Part shown: one piece after another, positions 20,121 through 30,407 of the stretch
Layout: every line of letters begins with the position of its first letter
How positions within the stretch are numbered: the stretch's first letter is position 1
DNA from: Hyphomicrobiales bacterium
GTDB taxonomy: Bacteria; Bacteroidota; Bacteroidia; Bacteroidales; JBGRPZ01
Length of the DNA: 64,000 nt
NCBI GenBank assembly: GCA_041725915.1
Contig: JBGRPZ010000001.1
Location: 66,198-130,197 of the forward strand
Direction of reading: 5' to 3'
Notes under the pieces: generated by a model
The model's database searches: none
Told to the model about the DNA's origin: nothing
The model's input: only the letters and a program-made list of their open reading frames with translations
Made by a program: the position numbers and the translations under genes

Positions 20121-20531
20121 CTATTTATTTTTATCTTCACAAAGTTCTGTAAGCACTCCAAAAGTAGACTTTGGATGCAAGAAAGCGATATCTAATCCTT
20201 CAGCTCCTTTTCTTGGGGCTTTATCAATTAGTCTTATTCCCTGCTCGTCAGCATCCTTAAGAGCACCTTCGATATTATCTACTGCAAAAGCTAGATGATG
20301 AATACCTTCACCTTTCTTTTCAATAAATTTACCAATTGGTCCTTCAGGATCTGTAGACTCCAAAAGTTCAATCTTTGTTTGTCCAACCATGAAGAAGGCA
20401 GTTTTTACTTTCTGATCTTTTACTTCTTCAATATTGTAGCACTTAAGGCCAAGAACTTTTTCGTAATAGGCAATGCTATCTTCCAGATTTTTGACAGCAA
20501 TACCAATGTGTTCAATATGAGTTGGTTTCAT
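20121..20531 (-). CDS. mce: Methylmalonyl-CoA epimerase (VOC/glyoxalase fold)
   Basis: 136 aa. [23 protein letters not shown] and GEGIHHLAF motifs. First gene of the mmd operon. Confidence 0.8.
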   Translation of the reverse strand: MKPTHIEHIGIAVKNLEDSIAYYEKVLGLKCYNIEEVKDQKVKTAFFMVGQTKIELLESTDPEGPIGKFIEKKGEGIHHLAFAVDNIEGALKDADEQGIRLIDKAPRKGAEGLDIAFLHPKSTFGVLTELCEDKNK

Positions 20532-21343
20532 TTGTCTTTTATTTGTACCCTTGTGAAAACTTTCACAAAAGTACAGTAATTTTTTTGTTTAATTAGTTGT
20601 CAATCTATTAAAAAATAAGCCAATAAGCAAAATACTATTTAGTCTGATTAAAAGCTATATGCAAAATTAATTTGTTCTAAATAAGATATTTATAGCCGTA
20701 AATAACATCCTCATGCTATAATATACCTTAATAACTTAAATTCAATACAAAATTTTTTTTGCTTCTAAATGAATTATTTTTTAAGTATCCCTTTACTGAA
20801 ATAGGGAGAAGCTTCCGCTATATAAAAAATAACTAAAAGAAAGTAAATATAGTCTATAAGCTAACTCTATTATTTAATAATATGATTGATTCATGCAAAT
20901 CAACCAACTTATACAAATGACTATTTCTAAAACTCTTATTTATAATCATATATTATTGTATGTTAAAAGCTATAACAAGAAGCTTACTATTAAAATATGA
21001 GGATTAAACTAAATCAATATCCATTTATTATAGACATTAATAAGTTATAAATAATTAATACTCAAATTAATTACATCTTTATTATGGCCTAACATACCAC
21101 AATATTTCTACTATGTATATTTCTCTTCTTTTCATATCAAATTAAGTCCTATTCTACCAGCAAAATACGGGAACTCTATATTTTATATCAAAATGCAATG
21201 TCACTATTTCATTAAATAATTATCTATAATTAAAAGCTATAAACCTATCATTTTACAAACACATAGCTTATCACTTCTATATTAGAAGATAAATACCTTA
21301 TCTAAAATATTTTTTATTAACAAACTAAACATTAAGACTAGAA

Positions 21344-21844
21344 ATGAAAACAATAAAATTTTTGATGATAATCATTGGACTTTGTTTATTGATGCCTTCC
21401 TGTAAGGAAAAAGACAGAACAAGAATATATATAGTGTTTACAGGTAGAGAAATGGATAAAAAAGCTGATTGGGACTGGAATAGATGGCTTTTTTATATGG
21501 AAGATCCTGATACTGATGAAATAATTACTTGCACTTGTGAGGATGGTGAAGGTAATTGCTATGAAGATGTCATTATAAATGGCAGTAGCAGATCAAACAT
21601 CAATAGCATATTTATTTCTAATACAGAGAAAAACAGATATCGTTCTAATGAAAATATAATTGAACAATTATTGACCTACATTCCGAAAGATCAACAACAG
21701 GCACTATCAGAACATAAAGCTATATATAAGCTATCATCTGAAATCAAAAACAGATCTGAAAATATCTATACTCAGATATTGAGTGCTTATGATCCTAACA
21801 CTAATGAATTATTATTTGCACAACCTTTTACATTAAAAAGATAA
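21344..21844 (+). CDS. Hypothetical lipoprotein
   Basis: Signal peptide with lipobox LLMPSC. No recognisable domain. Lies in a very AT-rich region. Confidence 0.5.
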   Translation: MKTIKFLMIIIGLCLLMPSCKEKDRTRIYIVFTGREMDKKADWDWNRWLFYMEDPDTDEIITCTCEDGEGNCYEDVIINGSSRSNINSIFISNTEKNRYRSNENIIEQLLTYIPKDQQQALSEHKAIYKLSSEIKNRSENIYTQILSAYDPNTNELLFAQPFTLKR

Positions 21845-21929
21845 ATTATTGAAAGAGCTAAGGATAACCCTTGGCTCTTTTCTAAAACATATTATAATGA
21901 TTAAATACTTTCACTCACAAAAGCTTTTC

Positions 21930-23054
21930 ATGAAAGCTTTTTTTATTTTTATAGCTTTCTTGGTGTTTTCATGTGAAAATCAAGTTAATAAATGTAACCT
22001 CAAAGTTCTTTCTGAAAAAGAACATTATATCCAAAATAATTTAGACCCAAATGTCATCAATTATCTGAAGAAAGGAGAGCAATTTTTAAAAGATCAACTT
22101 CCCACTATTGCTAATTTCTGCCCTAATATAAATACTGTAATCTATCTTTCTATTCAAGATGATAGCCTGATAATAAAGCATATCAAAACAAATCTTAGCA
22201 AGGATATGGCTGAAGATAAAGCAAATCTTAATTTTGGTTATATTAATGAGAAGAAATTTTATTTATTTAATCCTAAAGATCAAGTTATAGCAATATATAA
22301 TGATAAGGGAAATGAAGTACATAGATATAGCACTACAATAAAGGATCAAAATAATACAATAAAAACACTCTTGTATGATGAAAAAGCTTTTATAAAGAAT
22401 GACAAAATAATATTACCTACTATATATAATGGTATTCCTGCTACATCAGCAAAGTTAAAAGATTATTATAACAGAAATTTCGGCCTGATTATTAACAAAG
22501 ACTCTACTTATTCTATTCCTGAAATTAAGTTTCCTTATAACTACAGAAAAGGAAAGGGTTATCATGATATATCTATGTACTTGTCAACAAATAAAGAAAA
22601 TGACTTGTATGCCTCTTTTTCAAAAAATGACAGCTTATTCATATATAATAAAGATGGTCAATTTAAATCAAAACATTTCTTTGGCATTAATTTTACTCAT
22701 CATTTTAATTATTTCGAGAATAAAGCCTCATTAAAACAACTTAAAACCTATTTAAAGGAAGAACCTAGATACTTTCAATTGAGGTACGATCCTTATAATA
22801 AAATGTTAATCCGCTCTTATAAGAAAAGAACTGTTCACAACAAAAATTCTATTAAGAAGACAAAACCAGAAACTGTATGGATATTTATGGATACTCAAAA
22901 ACATATTTACTATGATCCTAATGTGAAGAAATTACATTCGATATCACTCAGGAACATAGGTTTTTCACCTAAAGGTATGTGGGACATAGAATTTAATATA
23001 AAGAATGGAAAACATAAACTAGTTTATAAGCTATTTCAACTCGATTACTTATAA
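21930..23054 (+). CDS. Hypothetical lipoprotein
   Basis: The ATG at 21930 gives MKAFFIFIAFLVFSC (good lipobox). The ORF-track start 21849 is a TTG adding 27 non-signal residues. Asn/Lys/Tyr-rich with no recognised motif. Confidence 0.5.
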   Translation: MKAFFIFIAFLVFSCENQVNKCNLKVLSEKEHYIQNNLDPNVINYLKKGEQFLKDQLPTIANFCPNINTVIYLSIQDDSLIIKHIKTNLSKDMAEDKANLNFGYINEKKFYLFNPKDQVIAIYNDKGNEVHRYSTTIKDQNNTIKTLLYDEKAFIKNDKIILPTIYNGIPATSAKLKDYYNRNFGLIINKDSTYSIPEIKFPYNYRKGKGYHDISMYLSTNKENDLYASFSKNDSLFIYNKDGQFKSKHFFGINFTHHFNYFENKASLKQLKTYLKEEPRYFQLRYDPYNKMLIRSYKKRTVHNKNSIKKTKPETVWIFMDTQKHIYYDPNVKKLHSISLRNIGFSPKGMWDIEFNIKNGKHKLVYKLFQLDYL

Positions 23055-23166
23055 TACAAAAATTGGAAGAGTTTTCTCTGGAAAAGGCATAGTTCTCAAA
23101 TGAGATAACTACCTCACCTATTAGCGCATTATAATATTCATGGTCTTTACAGAGATATTCTTATTA

Positions 23167-23460
23167 TCAATAGCTACTTATTTGACAACTCCCCCTATTA
23201 AGGGGGTTTTTTAGCCTACGCACGAACTGTGTTCCACGTTGACAACTACTAGCAATTGTCCTTACCAGAATATTTCTTGCACCATTGATATCAACATTTA
23301 ACTCAGAGCCACATTTGCAACATTTGAATCTAGCTTGAGTTTTTCTATTTTCCTTAGCTTTATAACCACACTCAGAACAGCTTTACAATGTATATTTTGC
23401 ATCTATCTTCACTATTATTATCGAAATATAGTAACCCGAACTTTCTCTTATGATTGTTGC
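23167..23460 (-). pseudogene. Relic of an IS200/IS605-family TnpB (OrfB) gene, C-terminal zinc-ribbon / RuvC-III part only
   Basis: Minus-strand translation: IIIVKIDAKYTL*SCSECGYKAKENRKTQARFKCCKCGSELNVDINGARNILVRTIA. This matches the TnpB pattern (V)DPxYTSQxCSxCG...FxCxxCG...DxNAAxNI, with an in-frame stop. No N-terminal part lies upstream. Confidence 0.7.
23191..23212 (+). terminator. Rho-independent terminator (plus strand)
   Basis: CCCCCT-ATTA-AGGGGG followed by TTTTTT, about 135 nt after the stop of the 21930..23054 gene. It overlaps the 3-prime end of the TnpB relic on the other strand. Confidence 0.55.
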
Positions 23461-23544
23461 TCTTTTGAGACTCTACTTTTTAAAAGTCTTTTAAAAATTC
23501 GACCATAATCAAAATATAAAATCATACTTCACCTTTTCATATCA

Positions 23545-24565
23545 AATTACTTTAAAATAAAAACACTCGTTTTTTCTTCATTTCATGCAATCATTAACCT
23601 AAAGATCAAAAGCCTAAAATCTACTTTCCCCTGTATTTTTGCACATTTTCACAAATCTACATAAACACCTTGTAGTCAATGCTTTTTAGGTGTATAGCAA
23701 CAAGATATATCTTGTCACTACAGCATGTTTTATCAATAATCAAGCTCAAAAGTTAAGCGAATAAATCTCGTAGGTTTACTAATTAAAAGTAAAAGTCTAG
23801 GAGCTAAATCTCGTAGGTCTACTTACTGAAGGTAAAAGTCTAGGAACTAAATCTCGTAGGTCTACTTACTGAAGGTAAAAGTCTAGGAACTAAATCTCGT
23901 AGGTCTACTTACTGAAGGTAAAAGTCTAGGAACTAAATCTCGTAGGTCTACTTACTAAAGGTAAAAGTCTAGGAACTAAATTTCGTAGGTCTACTAACCT
24001 AATTCAAAAAGCTCCTAGGTAAATTTCGTAGGCTTTAAGGTAAATCTTATAGTTTAGTTAGTTGTGTATTGTAAATCAATTAGTTAATTCTTTTAGATCA
24101 ATTAACTTTTTCATTTTCTCAGGAAATGGATCTTTTTAGAGTCATATATAATCGAAATCTGAAGCTTTTGCTATTTAACATAACATTGGGCTTATATGTG
24201 CGATAATCTACAATTTTAAAATTGAAAGCCGAATTATCGCACTATACAGCAATTAAAAATAAGTGATAAAGCTTATAAATAAGGAAATGTAAGGATCTGG
24301 AATAAAAGTATTCCCGCTCTAAATCTTCAATAACAAATAGATTATTAAGATGAATTAATTGTAAAAGTATATTATGAACTGATTTAAAAACTCCATTTAC
24401 AATCTTTAATAAGTAGTAAGCTAAGAATAAGTTATCCCAAAAAGTACTTTAGTGCTTTTCGGAACCTTTTTAAAAGCTTAAACCGTAACATAAAAAACAG
24501 ATTATAAGCTCTTTAACTTTTTTATTATAAGTAGTTTTTAAACTACTTCATCATGATAAGTGAAG
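23545..24565. repeat. Dispersed non-coding element, copy B (expanded)
   Basis: 23545-23790 and 24360-24565 align with the reverse complement of copy A. The interior carries a 43-bp tandem array plus about 300 nt with no counterpart in A. Confidence 0.8.
23763..24050. repeat. 43-bp tandem repeat, about 6-7 copies
   Basis: Unit aaatctcgtaggtctacttactgaaggtaaaagtctaggaact starts at 23763, 23806, 23849, 23892 and 23935, with decaying copies at 23978 and 24021. The central copies are near-identical. Confidence 0.95.
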
Positions 24566-25013
24566 TGATTTTGAAATTACTTTATATAAATCATGACTTA
24601 AATCTTAATTTTTGTATATTCTGATGCAGACGGCGAATAAAAACAATATATTTTTTTTGAAGCTTGATTTAATGTAAAATACTGTGTTTTGTCTCGATTT
24701 TTAGCCTGCATTAATATAAAAATGACATGATCAGATGATGAATCTATTTGCCGGGTTTATTATATCAATACTTTATCAAGCTTCATATATAGACGGATTA
24801 TAAAATATATTGCCAAGGCAAAGAGCATTTTATAAAAGATATAATGATCATGAATGTACAGGAGAATTACAAACTTTAAAACAAAAGAGGTTTTGTTTCT
24901 GTTCTTCTAAATATGACTCTTTAATTTAAAAGCTTTTAATCTTATTATTATAATATATCCTTTCATATATGGAGCATTCTCCTCCATATAAAATTAAATT
25001 AGAACATTCTGCT

Positions 25014-26192
25014 ATGATGAAGAAAATCTTGTTATTGGGTTCTGGTGAACTTGGAAAAGAGTTTGTTATTTCGGCAAAGAGATTGGGTCAATATGTTGTT
25101 GCTGTTGATAACTATATAGGTGCTCCAGCTATGCATGTTGCTGATGATTTTGAGGTGATAAATATGCTTGATGGAAACGCTTTAGATGAAATTGTTGCTA
25201 AACACCAACCAGATTTGATAGTTCCGGAGATAGAAGCAATAAGAACAGAGCGGTTTTATGATTATGAAAGTCAGGGAATCAAAATTGTCCCTAGTGCGAG
25301 AGCTGCGAACTATACAATGAATAGAAAAGCTATCCGTGACTTAGCTGCTCGTGAACTGGATATAAGAACAACTCATTATACATACGCTAGTTCAATTGAA
25401 GATATGTATAGTGCTGTTCAGGAAGTGGGAATTCCATCTGTGGTCAAGCCATTAATGTCATCTTCTGGTAAAGGACAATCTGTAATTAAACATGAAAGTG
25501 ATATACAAGAAGCCTGGAATGCAGCAGCTGCTAATGCCAGGGGAGATTCTCATCAAGTGATAGTCGAGGCTTTTGTGAAATTCACAGCAGAGATAACACT
25601 ATTGACAGTAACGCAGAATAATGGGAAAACGCTTTTCTGTCCGCCTATAGGACATATACAGGAAAGGGGAGACTATCAAAGAAGTTGGCAGCCTGCATTG
25701 ATTTCGGAAGAAGCATTAATGCAAGCTCAGCAAATTGCCGATAGGATTACTAAGGCTTTGGGCGGTGCCGGAATATGGGGAGTAGAGTTTTTTGTCTGTG
25801 AAGATAATGTGTTGTTCTCAGAATTATCTCCAAGGCCTCATGATACAGGAATGGTGACTCTTGCCGGAACTCAGAATTTTTCAGAGTTTGAGCTGCATTG
25901 TCGTGCTGTGTTAGGACTTCCAATACCAGATATTACATTAGAGAGAAAAGGTGCAAGTGCTGTTATTCTTGCAGCTAAGAAGGGAGTGCGTCCCTATTTT
26001 GAAGGTCTGGATATAGCAATGGCTATTCCTAAGTCAGATGTACGATTATTTGGAAAGCCTACTACTCGTAAGCATAGACGTATGGGCGTGGCTTTAGCTT
26101 ATGACTCTTTAGATGCAAATATTAACACTGTCATTAATAAGGCCAGAGAAGTTGCTTCGTATATTATTGTGAAGACAAAAGATATGGAATAG
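25014..26192 (+). CDS. purT: Formate-dependent phosphoribosylglycinamide formyltransferase (GAR transformylase 2)
   Basis: [18 protein letters not shown]-terminus and an ATP-grasp body. Starting at 25014 gives 392 aa, as in characterised PurT. The ORF-track start 24969 would add 15 aa. Confidence 0.9.
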   Translation: MMKKILLLGSGELGKEFVISAKRLGQYVVAVDNYIGAPAMHVADDFEVINMLDGNALDEIVAKHQPDLIVPEIEAIRTERFYDYESQGIKIVPSARAANYTMNRKAIRDLAARELDIRTTHYTYASSIEDMYSAVQEVGIPSVVKPLMSSSGKGQSVIKHESDIQEAWNAAAANARGDSHQVIVEAFVKFTAEITLLTVTQNNGKTLFCPPIGHIQERGDYQRSWQPALISEEALMQAQQIADRITKALGGAGIWGVEFFVCEDNVLFSELSPRPHDTGMVTLAGTQNFSEFELHCRAVLGLPIPDITLERKGASAVILAAKKGVRPYFEGLDIAMAIPKSDVRLFGKPTTRKHRRMGVALAYDSLDANINTVINKAREVASYIIVKTKDME

Positions 26193-26236
26193 CTTGTCAG
26201 CTTTCTTATTGAAGTAATTTAAAAACTTCTTATAGT

Positions 26237-28186
26237 TTAATAAGGTGCAATAAAATCAGGTTTCTTAGGTAGAAATATAGGGAATCTTAATGGTGCTTTT
26301 GTGGCTATGGAAAAACCAAATGGCTTAGTGCCATCAGGAGAATTCAACAGATAAGATAACCTGAACTCTACTGTTTCGAATACCAAGTTTTCATTTTTTA
26401 TTCGCATTCCTGCTCCTAGAAAGGTTCTGGCTTTGTTTTCGAAGATAGACTTCTTTTGAAAGCCTATCCAACCCATATCTATAAAGCCAAAGTAAGCAAA
26501 TCTAAACCCATAGAAATACCATGGAGTAAAGACATTTACTTCAGGAGAAAAGGAGAAACGTTTTGTTCCTTTAAACTCATCGCTGTATTCTCCGGGGAAG
26601 CCATGTGTACCTTGAAGTAACAGAGTATCTCCGGGCATAGCGTTTAATGCTTGTGTAAATCTTATGGTGTTGTATAGACGTACCCTGTGGCGTTTGATTC
26701 TTATCATATTAGTGGAATGAATGGCACTGATGTCCAAGACTCCTTGCTCGAATCTTTTGTTATGAAAGAAGCCTCCTATATTACATGATAAATATACATA
26801 GCCCAATTTTTTTATAAACTGCCCTACACTGGATTCCATACCAAGGTAAGTACGATCAAAATACTCTCCGAACTGATAACCTCCAAGTACAGCAAATCTA
26901 TAACCATAAGGGATATCCTCATTTCTTCCAAAGGTATAAAAGTATGATGTTGTCAGGTAATCCTGTTTGGATATACAAGTTGCAAAGAGAACATTGATTC
27001 TCTTCTGAAAGAAAAAGTTGGAATCAGCAGACACATATGGTCTGTTGCTGTGGTGTATCCGTTGAATCCTTGATCCTATAGTCCCCGTGATAGGAGCACC
27101 TAGGTAGTTCTTTCTTTCTTTATCAAGAAAACTTCTGCCAAAGAAAGCATCATACACATTGAAGTTAACATCTCTGAAGATTGTAGTTGTATCGATCTTT
27201 GTTCCAAACTTTCGATAGCCATCTTTGAATGAGAATCCTCCAAAGTATTTAAATCGTAATGGGATTATCTGGCGGAATACGGAGACATTATACTGAAGAG
27301 AATCGTCATTATGGAGATAACCAATACTTGCATTTACAAAACTTCCGTTGATGTTATTTGTCGACACACTACCAAGGTCATACCTGAACTCTGGCCGGCG
27401 TTCTGTATCAAAGGTCATTGCATTATCGAGCTTATAGCCAAGTCCCAGAAGATTCACATTGTATCCTCTAAGGTAGAACTTATGGTTGTTCTTTAATTCG
27501 GGCATTATTACTATCGGGAAAACATCTTTTGTTAAAACCAGAATATCGACAGAGTCCCCTTCTATCTTTGATATATGGATGAGAGCATCATCTATGTAGG
27601 TTAGATTCCTTAGGATACTTGTATTCTCAGCGATTATAAATGGATTTAAAGTGTCTCCTTTTTTGAAGAGAAGGTTTTGTTTGATGACCCATGCTCTGGT
27701 GTTTAGATGTAGATTATTTGCAAACCTTCCCACCCAAGTAGATGCTTTCTTTGCTGTATCTACCATGCTAGGGCCAAATATGTCTAGCTTTCTTATATTT
27801 ATATTCCTTATGATTCTTCCTGTATAGGGTAGGTAAGGGGATTCGGCTTTAACTGCTTGAACAGAATCAGGGATGATACTATACATTGGAGGCTCAAAGG
27901 CTAGATCATATAGTCTTTTGGTAATTTTGTTTTTATAAGCAAGTTCTTTCAGTTTATTATAGAATTGTTTCCCTGATCTTCCTGTTAATATCTCAACTGT
28001 ATCTGGTACTATGATGATGGTATCTTTTAGGATGCGAAAGCTAGTATCATTCATAATGATATTAGTCCCTGCTTTTAATAAGACAGTATCATTAGAAATT
28101 GTGGTTTGAGAGAATAGAGTTGATATATTTAAAAGAAACATTATAATCAGAAGAAACCTTACTGAGGGAATAACAAAGTTTCTCAT
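26237..28186 (-). CDS. Outer-membrane beta-barrel protein (Omp85/BamA-like family; function unknown)
   Basis: Signal peptide, 649 aa, alternating aromatic/Gly-rich beta-strand pattern through the C-terminal two-thirds, aromatic C-terminal residue. The family call is inference. Confidence 0.5.
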   Translation of the reverse strand: MRNFVIPSVRFLLIIMFLLNISTLFSQTTISNDTVLLKAGTNIIMNDTSFRILKDTIIIVPDTVEILTGRSGKQFYNKLKELAYKNKITKRLYDLAFEPPMYSIIPDSVQAVKAESPYLPYTGRIIRNINIRKLDIFGPSMVDTAKKASTWVGRFANNLHLNTRAWVIKQNLLFKKGDTLNPFIIAENTSILRNLTYIDDALIHISKIEGDSVDILVLTKDVFPIVIMPELKNNHKFYLRGYNVNLLGLGYKLDNAMTFDTERRPEFRYDLGSVSTNNINGSFVNASIGYLHNDDSLQYNVSVFRQIIPLRFKYFGGFSFKDGYRKFGTKIDTTTIFRDVNFNVYDAFFGRSFLDKERKNYLGAPITGTIGSRIQRIHHSNRPYVSADSNFFFQKRINVLFATCISKQDYLTTSYFYTFGRNEDIPYGYRFAVLGGYQFGEYFDRTYLGMESSVGQFIKKLGYVYLSCNIGGFFHNKRFEQGVLDISAIHSTNMIRIKRHRVRLYNTIRFTQALNAMPGDTLLLQGTHGFPGEYSDEFKGTKRFSFSPEVNVFTPWYFYGFRFAYFGFIDMGWIGFQKKSIFENKARTFLGAGMRIKNENLVFETVEFRLSYLLNSPDGTKPFGFSIATKAPLRFPIFLPKKPDFIAPY

Positions 28187-28274
28187 AGATGATAATTCAA
28201 ATGGAAAGAAGCAGAATCTACCTTTAAAGTTAAAAGTAGATCCTGTTATTTATATTATCCTTAAAATTAGTAAA

Positions 28275-30005
28275 TTATTCGATTCCCAGATCAGAAATAA
28301 AACTTTGCACCTTTGCTTCAAGTAGGACAAAGATGTCTTCAATATTAACACTCTCTAAAGAGCTTAACTTTACACTTATATAGTACTTTATCTTTGGCTC
28401 TGTACCAGAAGGACGAACGCTAATTTTACTGCCATCTTCAGTGAAGAACTGTAAAACATTAGACTTAGGAAGATCAATGTCTTTCTCTTCTCCTGTTTTT
28501 ATATTAAAGCTCTTCGAGATAGAATAGTCGTTTATTTGAACAACTTTATAATCGGCGATCTTCTTAGGTGGAGCATTACGATAAGTAGCCATTATCTTCT
28601 GAATTTCTTCAGATCCTTCTTTTCCTTTTTTTACCAGAGAAACCAAAGATTCAAGATAACAAGCATGCTTTGTATAGATGTCTATAAGAATATCATATAT
28701 TGTCTTCCCTTGACTCTTTGCCCATGCTGCAATTTCAGCGAACATAGTACATGAAATAACAGCATCTTTATCCCTGATAAATTCGCCAACAAGATATCCA
28801 TAGCTTTCTTCACCACCTCCAATGAACTGCATTTTGCCTTCATTCTTGTGTATAAGATCTGCAATATATTTGAAGCCAGTGAGGACGTCAAAGCATTTTA
28901 CCTTGAAGCTATCAGCTATGTCTTTAAGCAATTCTGTAGTTACAATCGTTTTGGCTATATATTCATTTCCTGTCAGCTTGCCATCTTCAGACCATTTGCT
29001 CAATAGGTAGTAGATAAGAATAGAGGCTGCTTGATTGCCATTTAGGAGAGTAAGCTTATTTTCTTTGTTTCTTACTGCTATTCCAACTCTATCAGCGTCA
29101 GGGTCTGTTCCCATTACAAGCTCGGCATTAACTTCTTCTCCCAAGTCTAAAGCCATTTGCAATGCTGAGGTTTCTTCTGGATTTGGTGATGCGACAGTAG
29201 GGAAGTTGCCATCATATATATCTTGCTCTTTAACTGTAGATATATTTTTGAAGCCTAATTTCTTGAGTGCTCTAGGAATCATAGTGCCACCAGTACCATG
29301 AAGAGCAGTGAAAACTATAGGGATATCGTTGTCTTCATCAATAGCTTTTCTTGAAAGAGATAAACTACATACTCTTTCTAAGTACTCATTATCTATATCT
29401 TCATTTGTCTTGATGATAAGATCTTTATTTCCTTCGAACTTAATGTCTTTTAAGCTGTGTATGCTTTGCACTTCCTCAATCACATTCTTGTCATGAGGGC
29501 TTATAAGCTGTCCTCCATCTTGCCAATAGGCCTTAAATCCATTGTATTCTTTTGGATTGTGTGAAGCCGTAATAACTACTCCAGACTGACAGGATAAGTG
29601 ACGAATAGTAAAACTAAGTTCTGGGGTAGGTCTGAGTTCTGTGAATAAATAAACTTTGATGCCATTAGCAGAGAGAACCTGAGCAGTGATCTCAGCAAAG
29701 TATGGACTGTTGTTACGGCAATCATAAGCAATAGCAGCCTTGAGTTCTTCATCCGGAAAACTCTTGATTATGTAATTCGCCAGTCCTTGAGCTGCTGCTC
29801 CAACAGTATATTTATTCATTCTGTTTGATCCAGCACCCATGATGCCCCTCATGCCTCCAGTGCCAAACTCCAGATCTTTATAGAATGAATCAACAAGTTC
29901 TTTTGGGTTGTTGTCAATAAGATTTTGTACTTCTTCTTTTGTCTTTGGATCGTATGTTAACCACTCTTGTGCTTTGCTTAGTATGTCTTTATTGATTAGT
30001 GTCAT
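28275..30005 (-). CDS. Phospho-sugar mutase (phosphoglucomutase/phosphomannomutase family)
   Basis: Active-site loop TASHNPKEYNGFK and metal-binding loop GTDPDADRVG. 576 aa. Confidence 0.9.
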   Translation of the reverse strand: MTLINKDILSKAQEWLTYDPKTKEEVQNLIDNNPKELVDSFYKDLEFGTGGMRGIMGAGSNRMNKYTVGAAAQGLANYIIKSFPDEELKAAIAYDCRNNSPYFAEITAQVLSANGIKVYLFTELRPTPELSFTIRHLSCQSGVVITASHNPKEYNGFKAYWQDGGQLISPHDKNVIEEVQSIHSLKDIKFEGNKDLIIKTNEDIDNEYLERVCSLSLSRKAIDEDNDIPIVFTALHGTGGTMIPRALKKLGFKNISTVKEQDIYDGNFPTVASPNPEETSALQMALDLGEEVNAELVMGTDPDADRVGIAVRNKENKLTLLNGNQAASILIYYLLSKWSEDGKLTGNEYIAKTIVTTELLKDIADSFKVKCFDVLTGFKYIADLIHKNEGKMQFIGGGEESYGYLVGEFIRDKDAVISCTMFAEIAAWAKSQGKTIYDILIDIYTKHACYLESLVSLVKKGKEGSEEIQKIMATYRNAPPKKIADYKVVQINDYSISKSFNIKTGEEKDIDLPKSNVLQFFTEDGSKISVRPSGTEPKIKYYISVKLSSLESVNIEDIFVLLEAKVQSFISDLGIE

Positions 30006-30017
30006 CTTGATATTGTA

Positions 30018-30407
30018 TTATAGTTTTTGGTTGTAAACTTTATGAAAGCCTCCTGATATTGAGGAGACATTAAAGTTTATTAATAGACCATTTTCTTTCT
30101 TGCTAAACCTTAGTATCGAATTAAGATGTTCAAGGTGTCTATCTTTGATAGATGTGTCTGTTATAATCTCAATTGCTACTTCATCTTGAATATATAATTC
30201 ACACTTTAGATATTCCTTTAAAGGCTTTCCTTTGTATAATATATGAACAGGTTTGTTTACTTCAACCTTCAGACCTTTGTTTTCTATCTCATATGCTAAG
30301 ACAGATTTATAAACAGATGCCAATAGCCCTTTGCCTAAGTGTTGATGTACTTCTCTGGCAGATTCAAAAATTATCTTAATTAATGTATCTAGTTCCTGTT
30401 TATTCAT
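30018..30407 (-). CDS. GxxExxY-family protein (PD-(D/E)xK-like)
   Basis: 129 aa. HQHLGKGLLASVYKSVLAYEIENKGLKVE fits the GxxExxY family pattern with the E replaced by A. Such genes are commonly interspersed in Bacteroidota polysaccharide loci. Confidence 0.6.
   Translation of the reverse strand: MNKQELDTLIKIIFESAREVHQHLGKGLLASVYKSVLAYEIENKGLKVEVNKPVHILYKGKPLKEYLKCELYIQDEVAIEIITDTSIKDRHLEHLNSILRFSKKENGLLINFNVSSISGGFHKVYNQKL

Noticed and set aside
23763-24050. Possible CRISPR array, because of regularly spaced repeats in an ORF-free region.
   Set aside because: The 43-bp period consists entirely of the repeated unit with no unique spacers between copies. No cas genes are in the window. It is a plain tandem repeat.
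24600-25013. Purine or ZTP riboswitch in the long leader of purT.
   Set aside because: Reading both the leader and its complement, I could not find the conserved purine-riboswitch core or the pfl/ZTP motif. The region is AT-rich without convincing conserved helices.
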